The notes under the pieces were generated by a model that had not been told where the DNA came from, searched no databases, and worked only from the letters and a program-made list of their open reading frames with translations. This document shows positions 34,543 to 47,749 of a stretch of 63,146 nucleotides of DNA, piece after piece. The number at the start of each line of letters is the position of its first letter. Position 1 is the stretch's first letter. Source of the DNA: Veleropilina oligotropha (taxonomy: Eukaryota); contig JBEUKZ010000107.1 of the NCBI GenBank assembly GCA_048128005.1, positions 558,001-621,146 of the forward strand, in the 5' to 3' direction. The position numbers and the translations under genes were made by a program.

Positions 34543-36136
34543 TTTTAGCTCGTCTGTTTGTGAAAACATAAAGAGCTATTGTCACCACTCCGGCGTCGGC
34601 GTCTGCGTCGGCGTCGGCGTCGTCCGGATTTGGTTAACCTTTGCGTTTGAGTCAGTTTTTCAGCAACTACTGGGCCTAGGTCTACCAAACTTGGCTATCA
34701 CTTACTCATTGGGTGCCTCACCACAATCCACCCACTATGCTTGAATGACTTAGTAATTTTATGCTTAATTTGTGCCCTGAAATGCTGGTTAACCTTTGCG
34801 TTCGAGTCAGTTTTTCAGCAACTGCTGGGCCTATGTCTACCAAACTTGGCTATCACTTACTCCTTGTGTGTGTCACCCCAAACCACCCACCCATGCACAT
34901 CCTTGACCTACTTTTTATGCTTGAATGACTTAGTAATTTTACGTTTAATTTGTGCCCTGAAATGCCGGTTAACCTTTGCGTTCAAGTCAGCTTTTCAGCA
35001 ACTGCTGGGCCTAGGTCTACCAAACTTGGCTATCACTTACTCCTTGGGTGCCTCACCCCAAACCACCCACCCATGCATGTCCTTGACCTACTTTTTATGC
35101 TTGAATGACTTAGTAATTTTACACTTAATTTGTGCCCTGAAATGCCGGTTAACCTTTGCGTTGGAGTCAGTTTTTCAGCAACTACTGGGCCTAGGTCTAC
35201 CAAACTTGGCTATCACTTACTCCTTGGGTGCCTCACCCCAAACCACCCACCCATGCACGTCCTTTACCTACTTTTTATACCTGAATGACTTAGTAATTTT
35301 ACGCTTAATTTGTGCCCTGAAATGCCGGTTAACTATGACTACACACTATAGCAGGTATTCTTAAAAGTTTGATTAACGGTATGCCTTGAAGTATTGAGGA
35401 TGACGAATTAGCATTCTTTCTATGAATAGAAATGTAATTTTTTGGAAGAGTAAATTTATTTCTGTTGTTTACTTATGTAATATTATATGTGTACGATGAA
35501 AGGGACATGTGCTTATCTGTAAGACTTGCTCACTGCCAATAGGCACAGTAAGCTGTTAAGCTTAATGGTCACTCTGTGAAGCTGGGATTATCAAAATCAG
35601 ATGGATTGATTGGATTTTGATAACTGGCTTCCCATTGGTTTATTCCATGGGTATCTTGAAATGGCAGTATATATTACCATTACAAGAACAGACTGTATCC
35701 AGTGTCTAATATCACTCTCTATTTAAGTCTCCTCTACTGATCAGGGTTAAAATTATTGTATGATATGATATTGTATGACAATACAGTTGTCTAAACGGAG
35801 AATTGGGCCAAGTGAGGTAAGACCACCTACAACAAGTTATTGTAAATTCAGAGAAGAGTTTGCAATTTCTCACGAATACATGACTGTATATTGCAGTCTC
35901 TAAATGGCTTCAGATACATGTCACTGAGTCATAAACCACCAGTTCTTCATCCTCGAGAAGATGACATGCAACATACATTGTTATTCTTTCCCGGACACCA
36001 GCAGATGCAAGATATTCAGGATGGTTTTGCTTTTATTTCACATTTAATATTAACAGGGCTGATTCATGTTTTATAGCTACACATTTTGGAGGTCAAATAA
36101 CAGACGAGCGTTTGCATCGTTTTGCTGTGCTCTTGT
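34543..36136 (+). mobile_element. HINE-like element with 180-bp tandem repeats
   Basis: Head AGCTCGTCTGTT plus (GGCGTC)n; about 4 units at 180-bp spacing; 3' AACAGACGAGC...CTCTTGTT. Confidence 0.82.
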
Positions 36137-36969
36137 TATTATATGCCACAACAAGTTTCTTATTAAATTGAATCGAAAGATTATGGTAATTTTAGTCACG
36201 AATCTGTAAGGGAGGTTGAAAGAGTAGAGGACTATATTGGAAGTAGTTCCTACGATTTGTCAGCCATTTTGAATATATAAGCAGGAGACGTTTTCCTGTG
36301 AATATATAAGCAGGAGACGTTTTCTGAATCGATATCAGCTGTGTCCGTGATACAGGGTCTCGGAAAACTGCACGAGAATAGGCGTCAGAAAACGACTGAC
36401 ATATAATAAATTTGGATATGCCCAATAAACCATTTGTGGAAGTACTAGATTTCCACCAGATTCCCATGTGAGCCAAAGACTTCATATACAAATGATCACA
36501 GCAGTCATGATGTATGAAGCTGATTTCAATATCTAGAGATATTTGGATATTTTGCATTTAAGGAAGTACTAGATTTCCGTCATGTCCAAGTAGACCCAAG
36601 TCATCATTTAGTAGTGAGCACTGCTGCAGCCATTATTTATGAAGCCTATTTATTCCTGCTATTGTTATTGGACCATGTCGTTATTTCAGAACACCGCAAT
36701 CCATAAGAAAGATTCAGTAAGCTTATCTTGTCTGCTTATAATGGAAACATGATGAGCAAGAGAGATAAGATAGAAATGCATATTAAATAATGCCCTGTTT
36801 ACCATTGTATTGTGATGGTATGAATACACTGAATTTTTATACAAATTATTGAAGGTATGAAGGTACGAAACATTTATACATGAGAAATTTCTAAACATGT
36901 TATTGTCCGTATATTGCAGCTATTTAATTTAATTTCGTTAATACTAGATATATTTATTAACAATTTCAG

Positions 36970-37090
36970 AATCCAAGTAAAGATGCAACCGGCATACCAG
37001 TTAACCTTCCCCGGTGTGCCTCCGACTATACACAAGGGGAAAATAGAGGCAATAAAATTAAGCGTGGTCCAGAGAGCGAGCAACAAAAAG
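36970..37090 (+). CDS. EIF2D: eIF2D exon (MQPAYQLTFPG...QRASNKK)
   Basis: QPAYQ.T.PG and QRASNKK at the SUI1 start; atttcag| acceptor and |gtaata donor; phase 2-0. Confidence 0.95.
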
Positions 37091-37505
37091 GTAATAGATA
37101 ATTCAGATGTTGATAGATGTGATCCGTTGTTCGGATGAAGAATTAGATGTCTCACAATTCGCTCCAATTGAAATCTTCCCTGATTAATTCACCCCAAATC
37201 ATTTAAAGATATCGTCAATTCTCCTCCAAACATTTGTATCGACAGTGTAGAGCACCTTGAAGGGCAGTGCTGAAATTCTATGTTGAATTCATGACATGAG
37301 GTGTGAGATCAAAACCAAATTTTTCGTTAAATTCAGTGTTTAATATATTGTGTCATTATATTATAAGCGATGATGAAAATTAGGTGACTTGTTTTGCATG
37401 AAATGCCCCCCCCCGGTAGTTGTGTGGACTCGAGTGCCGACTCTGAAATCTATGAGCAAACTTTTCCTTATCCATTCCAATATTCAGTTTATTTCCATTG
37501 TTAAT

Positions 37506-37646
37506 ACTCTGTAGGCTGCTTCAGATGTGACATTGTTCAGACTCTGTAGGCTGCTTCAGATGTGACATTGTTCAGACTCTGTAGGCTGCTTCAGATGTGA
37601 CATTGTTCAGACTCTGTAGGCTGCTTCAGATGTGACATTGTTCAGA
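37506..37646. repeat. 35-bp tandem repeat, 4 copies
   Basis: ACTCTGTAGGCTGCTTCAGATGTGACATTGTTCAG repeated. Confidence 0.93.
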
Positions 37647-38025
37647 TGCTGATAGCTGAACATTGAAGGCCATAAAGCAAGATATGAACAAAATATGAAC
37701 ATTTTATCCTGTGTTGTCTTGTTTGATACGGAAGCATATCCTGTTCGCTTTCAATATGTAAGCTTGTAGGATAAACTTCTTTATCTCAGGGTAACGTTAA
37801 ATATTGCTTGATATTCCCTTGTTCACGATTTGACCAACTCATATTGAAAATTTGGTCCTCATGTAAGTGAAGCAACTTTGAATCTAGAGATTTTTTGTAT
37901 AACTGAAGGTGATAATAATTCTTGCTTAAGACAAAACAGTCTGATGAAATAAAAACTTGAAACCATGCCATTGATTGCGATATGAAGGGATAATTTTCAA
38001 AATGTTCATTAAACATACAATTAAT

Positions 38026-38589
38026 TATTGTATCCCCCGAAACAAAAGTGCCGGAGGATACTGGTTTAGCGTCCGTTATTCTGCCGCGTCCGCCGAGAGA
38101 TTCCTCGTGATCGCTCTAGGAAGGCCATTTTTAACGGATTGTTTCAAATTTGGTATGTGCATTGATTAGGGCGAGGATACGACATCTATAGATATTGGGT
38201 GTGGTCCGACCTCCAAGATGGCGGCTACGGCCACCATAATTGCTTGTGATCGCTCTAGATAGACTGGTCATTTCTTAACGGAATGTTTTCAAATTTGGTA
38301 TGTGCATTGGTAGGGGTGAGAACACGACACTTATAGTTTATTAGTCTGGTCCGACTTCCAAGATGGCCACCGCCGAGACATTCCTCGTGATCACTGTAGA
38401 CAGGCCATTTCTTAACGGAATGATTTCAAATTTAGTATGTGCATTGGTTTGGATGAGAACACGACACCTAGAGAATTTGGGTGTGGTCCGACATCCAAGA
38501 CGGCCACTGTGTCCTCAATCTTCGATTTTAAAGCTTATTTCTTTACCGAGGGATACATATGCCGTTACTCGTGCCTGAGCATTCTAGTT
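38026..38589 (+). mobile_element. HINE-like element with 3 degenerate internal units
   Basis: 5' TGTATCCCCCG, 3' CGAGGGATACA, ends CTAGTT about 28 nt before an eIF2D acceptor. Confidence 0.7.
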
Positions 38590-38617
38590 ATTTCACGTTT
38601 GTTTGCTTCAACTTTAG

Positions 38618-38792
38618 GCCACGTGCATAGAGAACCTGGAGGTGTATCGGATTTCACCAGAGGAGTTTGCCCATCAGGTTCAGATCGGGGTGTCGTGCAG
38701 TACCTCTGTCTCCCCGACGGCCCAGAAGAACAAGGGACTGCAAGTCATGGTGCAGGGGAACCAGATCCGCTTCATATCCGACCTCTTGATGA
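38618..38792 (+). CDS. EIF2D: eIF2D exon, SUI1 domain (ATCIENLEVY...LQVMVQGNQ)
   Basis: SUI1 QV.VQGNQ motif; ctttag| acceptor and |gtaagt donor; phase 0-1. Confidence 0.95.
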
Positions 38793-39237
38793 GTAAGTGG
38801 TAAATAGTTATTGCATTCATTTGGTTAGGAAATGTAAAATTCTTCTGTGCCAAATTGTGTGCACAAGATTTGAAAGTGTTTATAATCACAGTACATTGTG
38901 CCATTATGGCTTTGTTATAATGTTAATACTGTAGCAGGAGATGTCAGATTCTGAAATTCGTAGTAAATAAGTGTTCAAAATGTAATATTATATTTTATAA
39001 GACTTGTAAAAATTATCTAGTATTTTAATATATGCATATCATTGGCAAAAATAAGATTTTGTCATGCTGTAATGTTTGTCAATTTATGATCTGATTACTG
39101 TGGTAGCAGTTATCATTCACCATTTTCAAGCAATTCAGTACCACTTCTTTGATCTGGCATACGAATATATTCCTCGTATACTGTAAACCACAATACGTTA
39201 GCGGCCACAAAAAATACATTGTCTTTATTTTTTACAG

Positions 39238-39299
39238 ATAAATACAAGATCTCTCGAAGAAATATTGAAGGCTTAGAAAAAGCAAGCAAAAAGAGGTGA
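39238..39299 (+). CDS. EIF2D: eIF2D last coding exon (KYKISRRNIEGLEKASKKR*)
   Basis: tttacag| acceptor; I.GLEKA motif; TGA at 39297-39299 closes the frame. Confidence 0.92.
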
Positions 39300-39345
39300 C
39301 AATTGGAGACAAAGTAGCTGTATCAATGAGCTTTACAGAGTCAGA

Positions 39346-39351
39346 AATAAA
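39346..39351 (+). promoter_or_regulatory. Candidate polyadenylation signal of eIF2D
   Basis: AATAAA about 46 nt after the stop, followed by a T/GT-rich stretch. Confidence 0.5.
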
Positions 39352-39406
39352 GCAACTTTTACTATTTATGTGTTTTTGCCATTTTGATATGAATGTTATG
39401 TATGGG

Positions 39407-39518
39407 ATAAACTACTGGATAGCGTTGAATAGTTCAGAGAAAACACTCCTGTCGAGGGCCGTGAGGCCCGAGACAGGAGTGTTTTCTCTGAACTATTCAA
39501 CGCTATCCAGTAGTTTAT
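39407..39518 (+). mobile_element. Perfect 46-bp-arm hairpin of a hairpin-ended element (apex CGAG-GGCC-GTGA-GGCC-CGAG)
   Basis: 39407-39452 is the exact reverse complement of 39473-39518. Confidence 0.85.
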
Positions 39519-39755
39519 GTCGCTTAAAACATTTCACCATTGAACAATAGCCTCATTCCCCACCCGGTACCTCTATTGTAGTTAATTGGAGTGGATTAGT
39601 TGAATGAAAGTCTTAATTGCCGTTGATTAGTTGAATGCCTTTAAACTATTCAACGGCTGGGCCAAGAAAGCTTTGTTCTTCGATTGAATAGGCAGAATAA
39701 ACAACTGCCCAGAACAATAGATGACGTCACAGAAATGTTTTAAAATACATTTGGC

Positions 39756-40708
39756 CACCCCTGTAGTCCTGTGGTATCGCGTGTCACCTCTGTAATCACT
39801 GGCTCGATGGTCCTGTGGTATCACGTGTCACCTCTGTAATCACTGGTTCGATCACCCCTGGAGTCCTGTGGTATCGCGTGTCAACTCGGTAATCACTGGC
39901 TCGATCACCCCTGTAGTCCTGTGGTATCGCGTGTCAACTCTGTAATCACTGGCTCTATCACCCCTGTAGTATCGCGTGTCAACTCTGTAATCACAGGCTC
40001 GATCACCCCTGGAGTCCTGTGGTATCGCGTGTCAACTCTGTAATCACTGGCTCGATCACCCCTGTAGTATCGCGTGTCAACTCTGTAATCACTGGCTCGA
40101 TCACCCTGTAGTATCGCGTGTCAACTCTGTAATCACAGGCTCGATCACCCCTGGAGTCCTGTGGTATCGCGTGTCAACTCTGTAATCACTGGCTCGATCA
40201 CCCCTGTAGTCCTGTGGTATCGCGTGTCAACTCGGTAATCACTGGCTCGATCACCCCTGTAGTCCTGTGGTATCGCGTGTCAACTCTGTAATCACTGGCT
40301 CGATCACCCCTGTAGTATCGCGTGTCAACTCTGTAATCACTGGCTCGATGGTCCTGTGGTATCACGTGTCACCTCTGTAATCACTGGTTCGATCACCCCT
40401 GGAGTCCTGTGGTATCGTGTGTCAACTCGGTAATCACTGGCTCGATCACCCCTGTAGTCCTGTGGTATCGCGTGTCAACTCTGTAATCACTGGCTCGATC
40501 ACCCCTGTACTGTAGTCCTGTGGTATCGCGTGTCAACTCTGTAATCACTGGCTCGATCACCCCTGTAGTCCTGTGGTATCGCGTGTCAACTCGGTAATCA
40601 CTGGCTCGATCACCCCTGTAGTCCTGTGGTATCGCGTGTCAACTCTGTAATCACTGGCTCGATCACCCCTGTAGTATCGCGTGTCAACTCTGTAATCACT
40701 GGCTCGAT
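39756..40708. repeat. Tandem array of about 57-bp units (47-49-bp deletion variants)
   Basis: CACCCCTGTAGTCCTGTGGTATCGCGTGTCAACTCTGTAATCACTGGCTCGAT repeated about 18 times. Confidence 0.95.
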
Positions 40709-40874
40709 TGCTAATTAACAGGACTGGGTTTCGAATCTCTGCTGGAGAATTAACATTCTTTGTTCAGTTATCAATCGCTGAATATGTCGGTTACTGTCAC
40801 TTTTTTCCTTAACTGACTCAAACCACCTGCAGCCGGCTCCCCCTCCCATATCCTACAATTGGTATTTTAACATT

Positions 40875-42203
40875 TTTATGCCCCCGTCCGACTTTAGTCG
40901 GTCTAGGGGGCATCATGCCTTTGGTATGTCCGTCCGTCCGTGACACATTAGATCTCATGGATCTTGATCCATGTTACTGAGAGGCCACTTCCCCCAAACT
41001 TGACATATTAACAGATATATACGATTAAACTATCATGAGTTTGAATATTGATTGAATATTTTAATTTTTTCAATGTTTTGGTCTCTGAAGTATAAATTAC
41101 ATATAAGAAAGTCACCTATTATTTTTGCTGATAACAAGTAACCACCGCTGTCAACTTTCTTACAGTAACAGATATAAGTTGAACTATCATGAGTTCGAAT
41201 ATTGAATGAAAATTTTATTTATTTCATGTTTTATTGGGGTTTTGGACTTAGCCTATGGAGCACAATTTATATGCAATAAAGTCACCTATTATTTTTGATG
41301 TTGATCGCAAACCACTTTCTTCAGCTTTTGCATACTAACAGATATAAGTTTGATCTATCACGAGTTCAAATATTGAATTAATTTTTTAATTATTTCCATG
41401 TTTTATTGGGTTTTTGGACATAGCCTATAGAGCACAATTTATTTCCAAGAAAGTCACATTATTTTTGCTGTTGATCTCAAACCACTTCCTTCAGCTTTTG
41501 TATACTAACAGATATAAGTTTGATCTATCACGAGTTCAAATATTGAACGAATTTTTTAATTATTTCCATGTTTTATTGGGTTTTTGGACATAGCCTATGG
41601 AGCACAATTTATTTCCAAGAAAGTCACCTATTATTTTTGCTGTTGATCTCAAACCACTTCCTTCAGCTTTTGTATACTAACAGATATAAGTTTGATCTAT
41701 CATGAGTTCAAATATTGAACGAATTTTTTAATTATTTCCATGTTTTATTGGGTTTTTGGACATAGCCTATGGAGCACAATTTATTTCCAAGAAAGTCACC
41801 TATTATTTTTGCTGTTGATCTTAAACCACTTCCTTCAGCTTTTGTTTACTAACAGATATAAGTTTGAACTGTCATGAGTTCGAATATTGAACAATTTTTT
41901 AAATTTATTCCATGTTTTATTGGGTTTTTGGACTTCACTATGGAGCATAATTTATATATAAGGAAGTCACTTATTTTTTGGAAGTTGATCTCAAACCACT
42001 TCCTTCTGCTTTTGTTTGCTAACAGATATAAGTTTGAACTGTCATGAGTTCGAATATTGAATGGGAATTGTAATTATTGCTTATACATTAATAAGTACAG
42101 TTACATTTCTCCCTATTAGTCATGTAGACAACCAAATTTCATATCACTTGGCAAGCTTATACCGGGGGCATTCCATGTTCCGGGGAACATATATTTCTAG
42201 TTT
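40875..42203 (+). mobile_element. HINE-like element with about 170-180-bp tandem repeats
   Basis: TATGCCCCCG head, GTCC microsatellite, 3' CCGGGGGCAT plus ATGTTCC..GGAACAT hairpin and CTAGTT. Confidence 0.82.
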
Positions 42204-43219
42204 TAAATGATCCTTGGTATCACAATTTTTACAATGACCATTATATTGGAAGACATTGTTTTGTTTTGGTTCTATATATTTAAGTCGATGCCTGATTCAG
42301 GTCGCCACCACATTAGCATGTGCATATCGTATAAATCCAATTATTCCAGAAAGCTTATAGTCAACAAAAGTAATCGATGTTCATTTAGATGTTATTCCAG
42401 ATTCTAAAATGAATAATCTTCCAATCCAAATGACCACTGGTCGTATATGCATTTAATCTGTGAAATTTCTTGTCTAGATTATATCCGATGAAGCGTCGCA
42501 TTTCATCTGGTCTCATCTTATCTGCATAGATGCACAGTTATTGATCTTATTAAACTGTTGACTCAATATGGCATACCAATTTAACTCTTTGGCAGCCAAA
42601 TTTAATTGGGAAAAACCTTTAGTTTGTCATAGGACATTTGTAGATGTACTATATGACACATATTCCTGCCCACAACCCATACAATCTATATATCACATGA
42701 AAGATAATAGAATGATCTTCAAAGTAATGTTGTGTAATGGTTGCATTGTTACATCATATTTTTACAGGGTGGCTCACAAATTTATAACAATTACAAAAAA
42801 TAATATTTAATAGTTTTTTTAGATATATGTCATATTACAAATTTACAGATAACATGTGGAACAATATTTGGTCATAAATTGAATTATATAAAAAAAATCT
42901 AAGGTGTAAACCAATTATTTCTATTTTTACTTTTGAAATATGAAAAACACTATATACCAAAAAATTGAGAAAATAATTTGATAATTTTTGTATATAATGT
43001 GTCTGATGCATGGTCGCATCATTGGAAATGCGTAATTCCATTACATTTTAATGTGAAATTTTAAAAGAGGAAAAAGAAGTGTCAGTTCGAGCGAAAATGA
43101 AGATAATTTAAATTAACTATGGAGCTGACGGCACGATAAAGAGATATTCAGAATGGTCCCATGTTTGCCATCCTCGAACAAGGAATCTGCTATCATAAAA
43201 TGTTGAAAGTTTCAATATT

Positions 43220-43600
43220 CGGTGTAACCACTGCGGACAGTCAGTGACGACACGGATGATTGCTTCCAGACGTCTTCGCATGCCCTGGACCAGACGTTGG
43301 ATCTGATGCTGTGGGATCGCCTGCCATTCCTGGTGCAATGCTGCCGTCAATTCTGCCAGATTCTGAACTGGAGTATCTCTTTCACGTATTCGGCTACCAA
43401 GAATGTCCCATAAGTGTTCAATTGGATTGATGTCGGGGCCTTGCAGGCCAGGGAATGGTGATGATAGCACTTCGCTGCAGGAAATCCACTATATCGCGTG
43501 CTCGATGGGGTCTAGTCTAGCATTGTCGTCCATGCACACTGGCCTCGTTGCCAGTGCATGGTTGTCAAACTGAGGGACGACCACGTTTTCCAGGAATATT
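43220..43600 (-). pseudogene. Tc1-family transposase C-terminal remnant
   Basis: MDDNA..PHRAR and PDINPIEHLWD.L motifs, then HQEWQAIP..IQRLVQGMRRR; frameshifted. Confidence 0.85.
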
Positions 43601-44110
43601 GTCAAATCTGTTCGCTCAACTGAATATACGAGCTGCGGTATTTTTAATGCGTTGAAGACAGTGAATGTCAGCCTAGGTGAATATTTCCCAGGTGCCTTAT
43701 ATAAGATAGCATCTCTTGCTTATAGATTTATGTACGGACCCATTGTCATGTGGCTATCGAATATGACACCGATGTTGCGAGCACATGGGGACGCTTCTAC
43801 CTTGCAGTGACCCATTTTGATATAGGTAATGGAAATCTGAGATCCTTGCCGTTTTGGTGAAAATACAAATTCAGTTTACCATCGTTCAACTCAGTTGCTT
43901 ATAATGTTACTAATTGATCAAAGGATATGTAGAACTGAGAGTCATCAGAATACAAGTGAAAGGAGATTCCTTGTTTTCTCAGATGTCCTTGTGCCGACAT
44001 GCAGAGTGTACATAGGATGGGACCTAAAACTGATCCGTGTGGTACACTGCTTTTTCAGTTCTTTTCGAGAGGACTTCACATTTCAGACGGGACTTGCTGG
44101 AATCTTTTGG
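43600..44110 (-). pseudogene. L2/CR1-group LINE RT fragments
   Basis: Minus-strand LNDGK, ARNIGVIFDSHMTM and SVLGPIL remnants. Confidence 0.55.
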
Positions 44111-45509
44111 CAGGTGCATTCAAATTGTTCCTAAAGGATATTATCAACACCATGCTGCTGCAACGTAGCCATAAGCCGGAATCAAGTAACATAGAAGATC
44201 CACTTTCCTGCCCGACCATGAACGAATGATATCGTGGAATCTGTAATGCTATTTCCATGCTGTGATTTGATTTGAAAACGTCTATAATATTAAAAAATTT
44301 GATGAGTCATTTGAGAAATTTTCACGGATTTAATTGTAAGTCACCGTAATAGTGATTCAAAGGTTTTTTGTGCTAATTCCGGCCCTTGGGTTTTCTCAAG
44401 TAAGGCACCAATTAAATATAAAGGATTCTTTGAAGATATAATGTTCGTTCTTTTGCATCAGCTTGCATTATTTATTTTAAGTACTAATGATCAACACTCG
44501 CATTTACATGTGCAGTTCGTCTTCGTCTTGCACTAGGAACCTTCATCCTCAAATCGTATTTGGACTATTCCCAAGTTTTGTCAGTAAAATAATTTTCATT
44601 GAACACAAAATCACAAAATCAATCCTTTCTGAAATAGAAGATGCTGTTATCTGTGGCTGGTCATCTTTTAGTTAACAGTTGTGCAAACTGAGATGAATTG
44701 GAAGGATATGATGCGGTACACAGTTTGACACCACACACCATTTCGTTAATTTTAATATCCGATTTATTTACATTGTGTATTTGACGCACACTCATTTGCA
44801 ACTTGCTAACATGGTGTGATTGATCTGTAATGACATGCATTGGCCGTATCCAACTTTCAGATGAAAAAAACTTAAGTGAGAGTCCATTTCTTAACAGCTA
44901 ACAGAATAGGTGTTAAGAAACTATTTTGCTACAACAAGTATTGGTCAGATACAGTGGAGTAGTAGTGTAGACATGAATTTCCTGTTTCGATTGTCTAATG
45001 GAATTGGTGTAACGACCACGCCAACAACTTTTCAGTTTTAATAACGTGGATCAAATTTAAAGGTTAAACAACAAGATAAGTTTCCGAGGGTTTATGTATA
45101 CGATATGGACTTGCACCGGAGCCACCGATGACCATCGCCAGGTGCCCCCCCGTGGGGGATAATGTCATTGTCCTGTACATCCAGCTTCTTCCGTGACACT
45201 TGTCTCTTTAATGATAAATGATAATGCACGATGTTTTGATCAAAAAGTACATGTTTTCGATAACATCTTGCAATACCTGTAACAGTAATTAAAAATGTCA
45301 CCAATTTAATACTATTGTTTGTTTTTTTAAGGTAATTATTGGTAAAGTATTTGCTCAAGATCCCCCTCAAGACTTTCAACAAGAAACATGATTCCACGAA
45401 ATTTGGAAGCGAACATGTTGTCGGGACTTCTTTACATATCCCATTTTCTGATGTCCATAAACGATCAAATGATTAGCGGGCATAGGGTGAAGATTAACAA
45501 TTAATCTAA

Positions 45510-45716
45510 GATGATGGTGAATTGATGTTTAACGACCACGTCAACAGTATTCAGTTATAAATCGGGTCAATCAATTTTGAATTGAATGATGACATGAAGT
45601 GGTGCTTTATGCAATGGAGGCAGCGATCATTGCAAAAATCCGGCACTCCTGGGGCTTGAACCCGTGACCTCCCATTAGTAGACCAGCACCATATCTACTC
45701 AGCCATGCTGCCCCCA
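45510..45716 (-). mobile_element. tRNA-derived SINE (Meta-SINE-like 3' end)
   Basis: Minus strand TGGCTGAGTAG A-box, GGTTCAAGCC B-box and 3' ATAACTGAATACTGTTGACGTGGTCGTTAAACA; similar tail near 45005-45040. Confidence 0.6.
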
Positions 45717-46799
45717 TGTACATATCTTATTATGCCCCGGCTCGACTTTAGTCGGCCAGGGGGCATTATTCTTTTGGTCCGTCCATAACAGATTGAACTC
45801 GCCCATCTTTTTCGATGTTAATCATGAGCGATCTTCTTCAAACTTAATATGCTATTAGATATAAGAATGAACTATCATGAATTCGAATATTGAATGAAAA
45901 TATGTATTTTTTACCACATTTTCATACGTCTCTGGGGTTTCGTTTCTGATCTCATGCTATAAGAAACTCACCTACCTTTTTCGATGTTAATCAATAGCCA
46001 TCTTCTTGAAACTCCATAAGCTAGATATATATATATATATATATAAGTATGAACTATCATGAATTCGACTGTTCGAATGATGAATGAAAATATTTATTTT
46101 TACTACATTTTATTACGTTTTTGAACATAGTCTCTGAAGCTTCATATCTGATCTCATACTATAGTAAACTCATCTAACTTTTTCGATGTTAATCAATAGC
46201 CACCTTCAAACTTCATAAGCTATTATATATAAGCATGAACTATGAATGAAACATATGGAATGAAAATATGTATATGTAATTTAGTAATGAGGCGGAAACA
46301 GCATCTTGAATTAACAAGGCTTCGCAAATTTTCGGTTACTTGTTCAAATGCTTTGTGCACTTTATACTTACGATCAGCAGAATGATAAATAAACGACATC
46401 ATCTTTTCCTTTTAGAATGTTTAAGAACAGATATTGTGATGTAGCATCAATGGCTTGAACATATACCGGGGGCATATGCAGTGTCGGTAGACACATTTCT
46501 AGTTGAACATAGTCTTTGGAGCTTCATTTCTGATCTCATTCTATAAGAAACTCACCTAACTTTTTCGATGTTAATCAATAGCCATCTTCTTCAAACTTCA
46601 TAAGCTAGATATATATATATAAGTATGAACTATCATGAATTCTACTGTTCAGTGAAAATATTTATTTTTTACTACATTTTGTACGTTTTTGAACATAGTC
46701 ACTGGAGCTTCATTTCTGATCTCATGCTATAAGAAATTCACCTACCTTTTTCGATGTTAATCAATAGCCATCTTTTTGAAACTTCATAAACTATTATGT

Positions 46800-47749
46800 A
46801 TAGGTTAACCAACATGGGACTGTTGATTCTTGAAAAATAATGCACGAGGGCCGACAGGCCCGAGTGCATTAATTTTCAAGAATCCACAGTCCCAAGTTGG
46901 TTAACTTATTTAATTCATTTTGACAATATTAGCTATTTGTTATATTTTAAACATTATTATATACATGAAATCGCCAATTTAAAAACAATACGATAGAAAT
47001 TTTGTACGAATTGGGGTTTACTCTCCCAAAACTCCTGTCGGATCCCATTCCTAATTAGTTGAAGGCGCCGCTTAATCATGGTTATGAATAGACGTTTAAT
47101 GTGCTCGTTAAGTGCAATTATACCGGCATGCAAGGCGAAATATTTTTGCGTCGTGATGATGTACATTTCAAAGCACGCTCACTTGGCTTCAGATGTTTGA
47201 CCAGAGCACACGTGGGATTTACCTCTGCAGAGAGCATCAGGTATAGTATAATATTGCAAATATATGTTGTATTTTAACGACATTTCTGTGATATAATATT
47301 TAAATAGCTCTCGGTGTTCGTTTCAAAGTAAAGCAATGGAACATCGTTCATATGAACAACAGCATTATATGGAGTATTGCCAGATTCTTCTGAACGTTAA
47401 ACGTGTATTACATTTTCTTCATTTGGGTAACGAATTTAATGTGCTTGAAGTTTGTTGTCAGTGCAAAAATGTTGTCTACGCGTTAAAATAATTAATATTT
47501 TCTTTTCAGTGTCCAAGTGTACTAGAATGGACTCGTCCGCAGATAAATCTACCTCTTTGGATTATATACTGCGTTAAACATGCTTTCCTCATTTTCTGGA
47601 ATGGAATCGTCCATAGCATGGAATTAATGCACATAACGCTTGTTTAATTGGTCTTTCAAGCAGACACAATGATTTTGTAGCAGTGGATTCGTGAAAAATA
47701 ATCTACAGTTAATACAATGGAAAAGTAGGTCAAAATGGATTAAATATAA
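46800..47749 (+). mobile_element. Hairpin-ended element (apex CGAG-GGCC-GACA-GGCC-CGAG)
   Basis: About 45-bp arms 46800-46909; TTATTTAATTCATTTTGAC after the hairpin is inverted as GTCAAAATGGATTAAATATAA at about 47729-47749. Confidence 0.75.
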
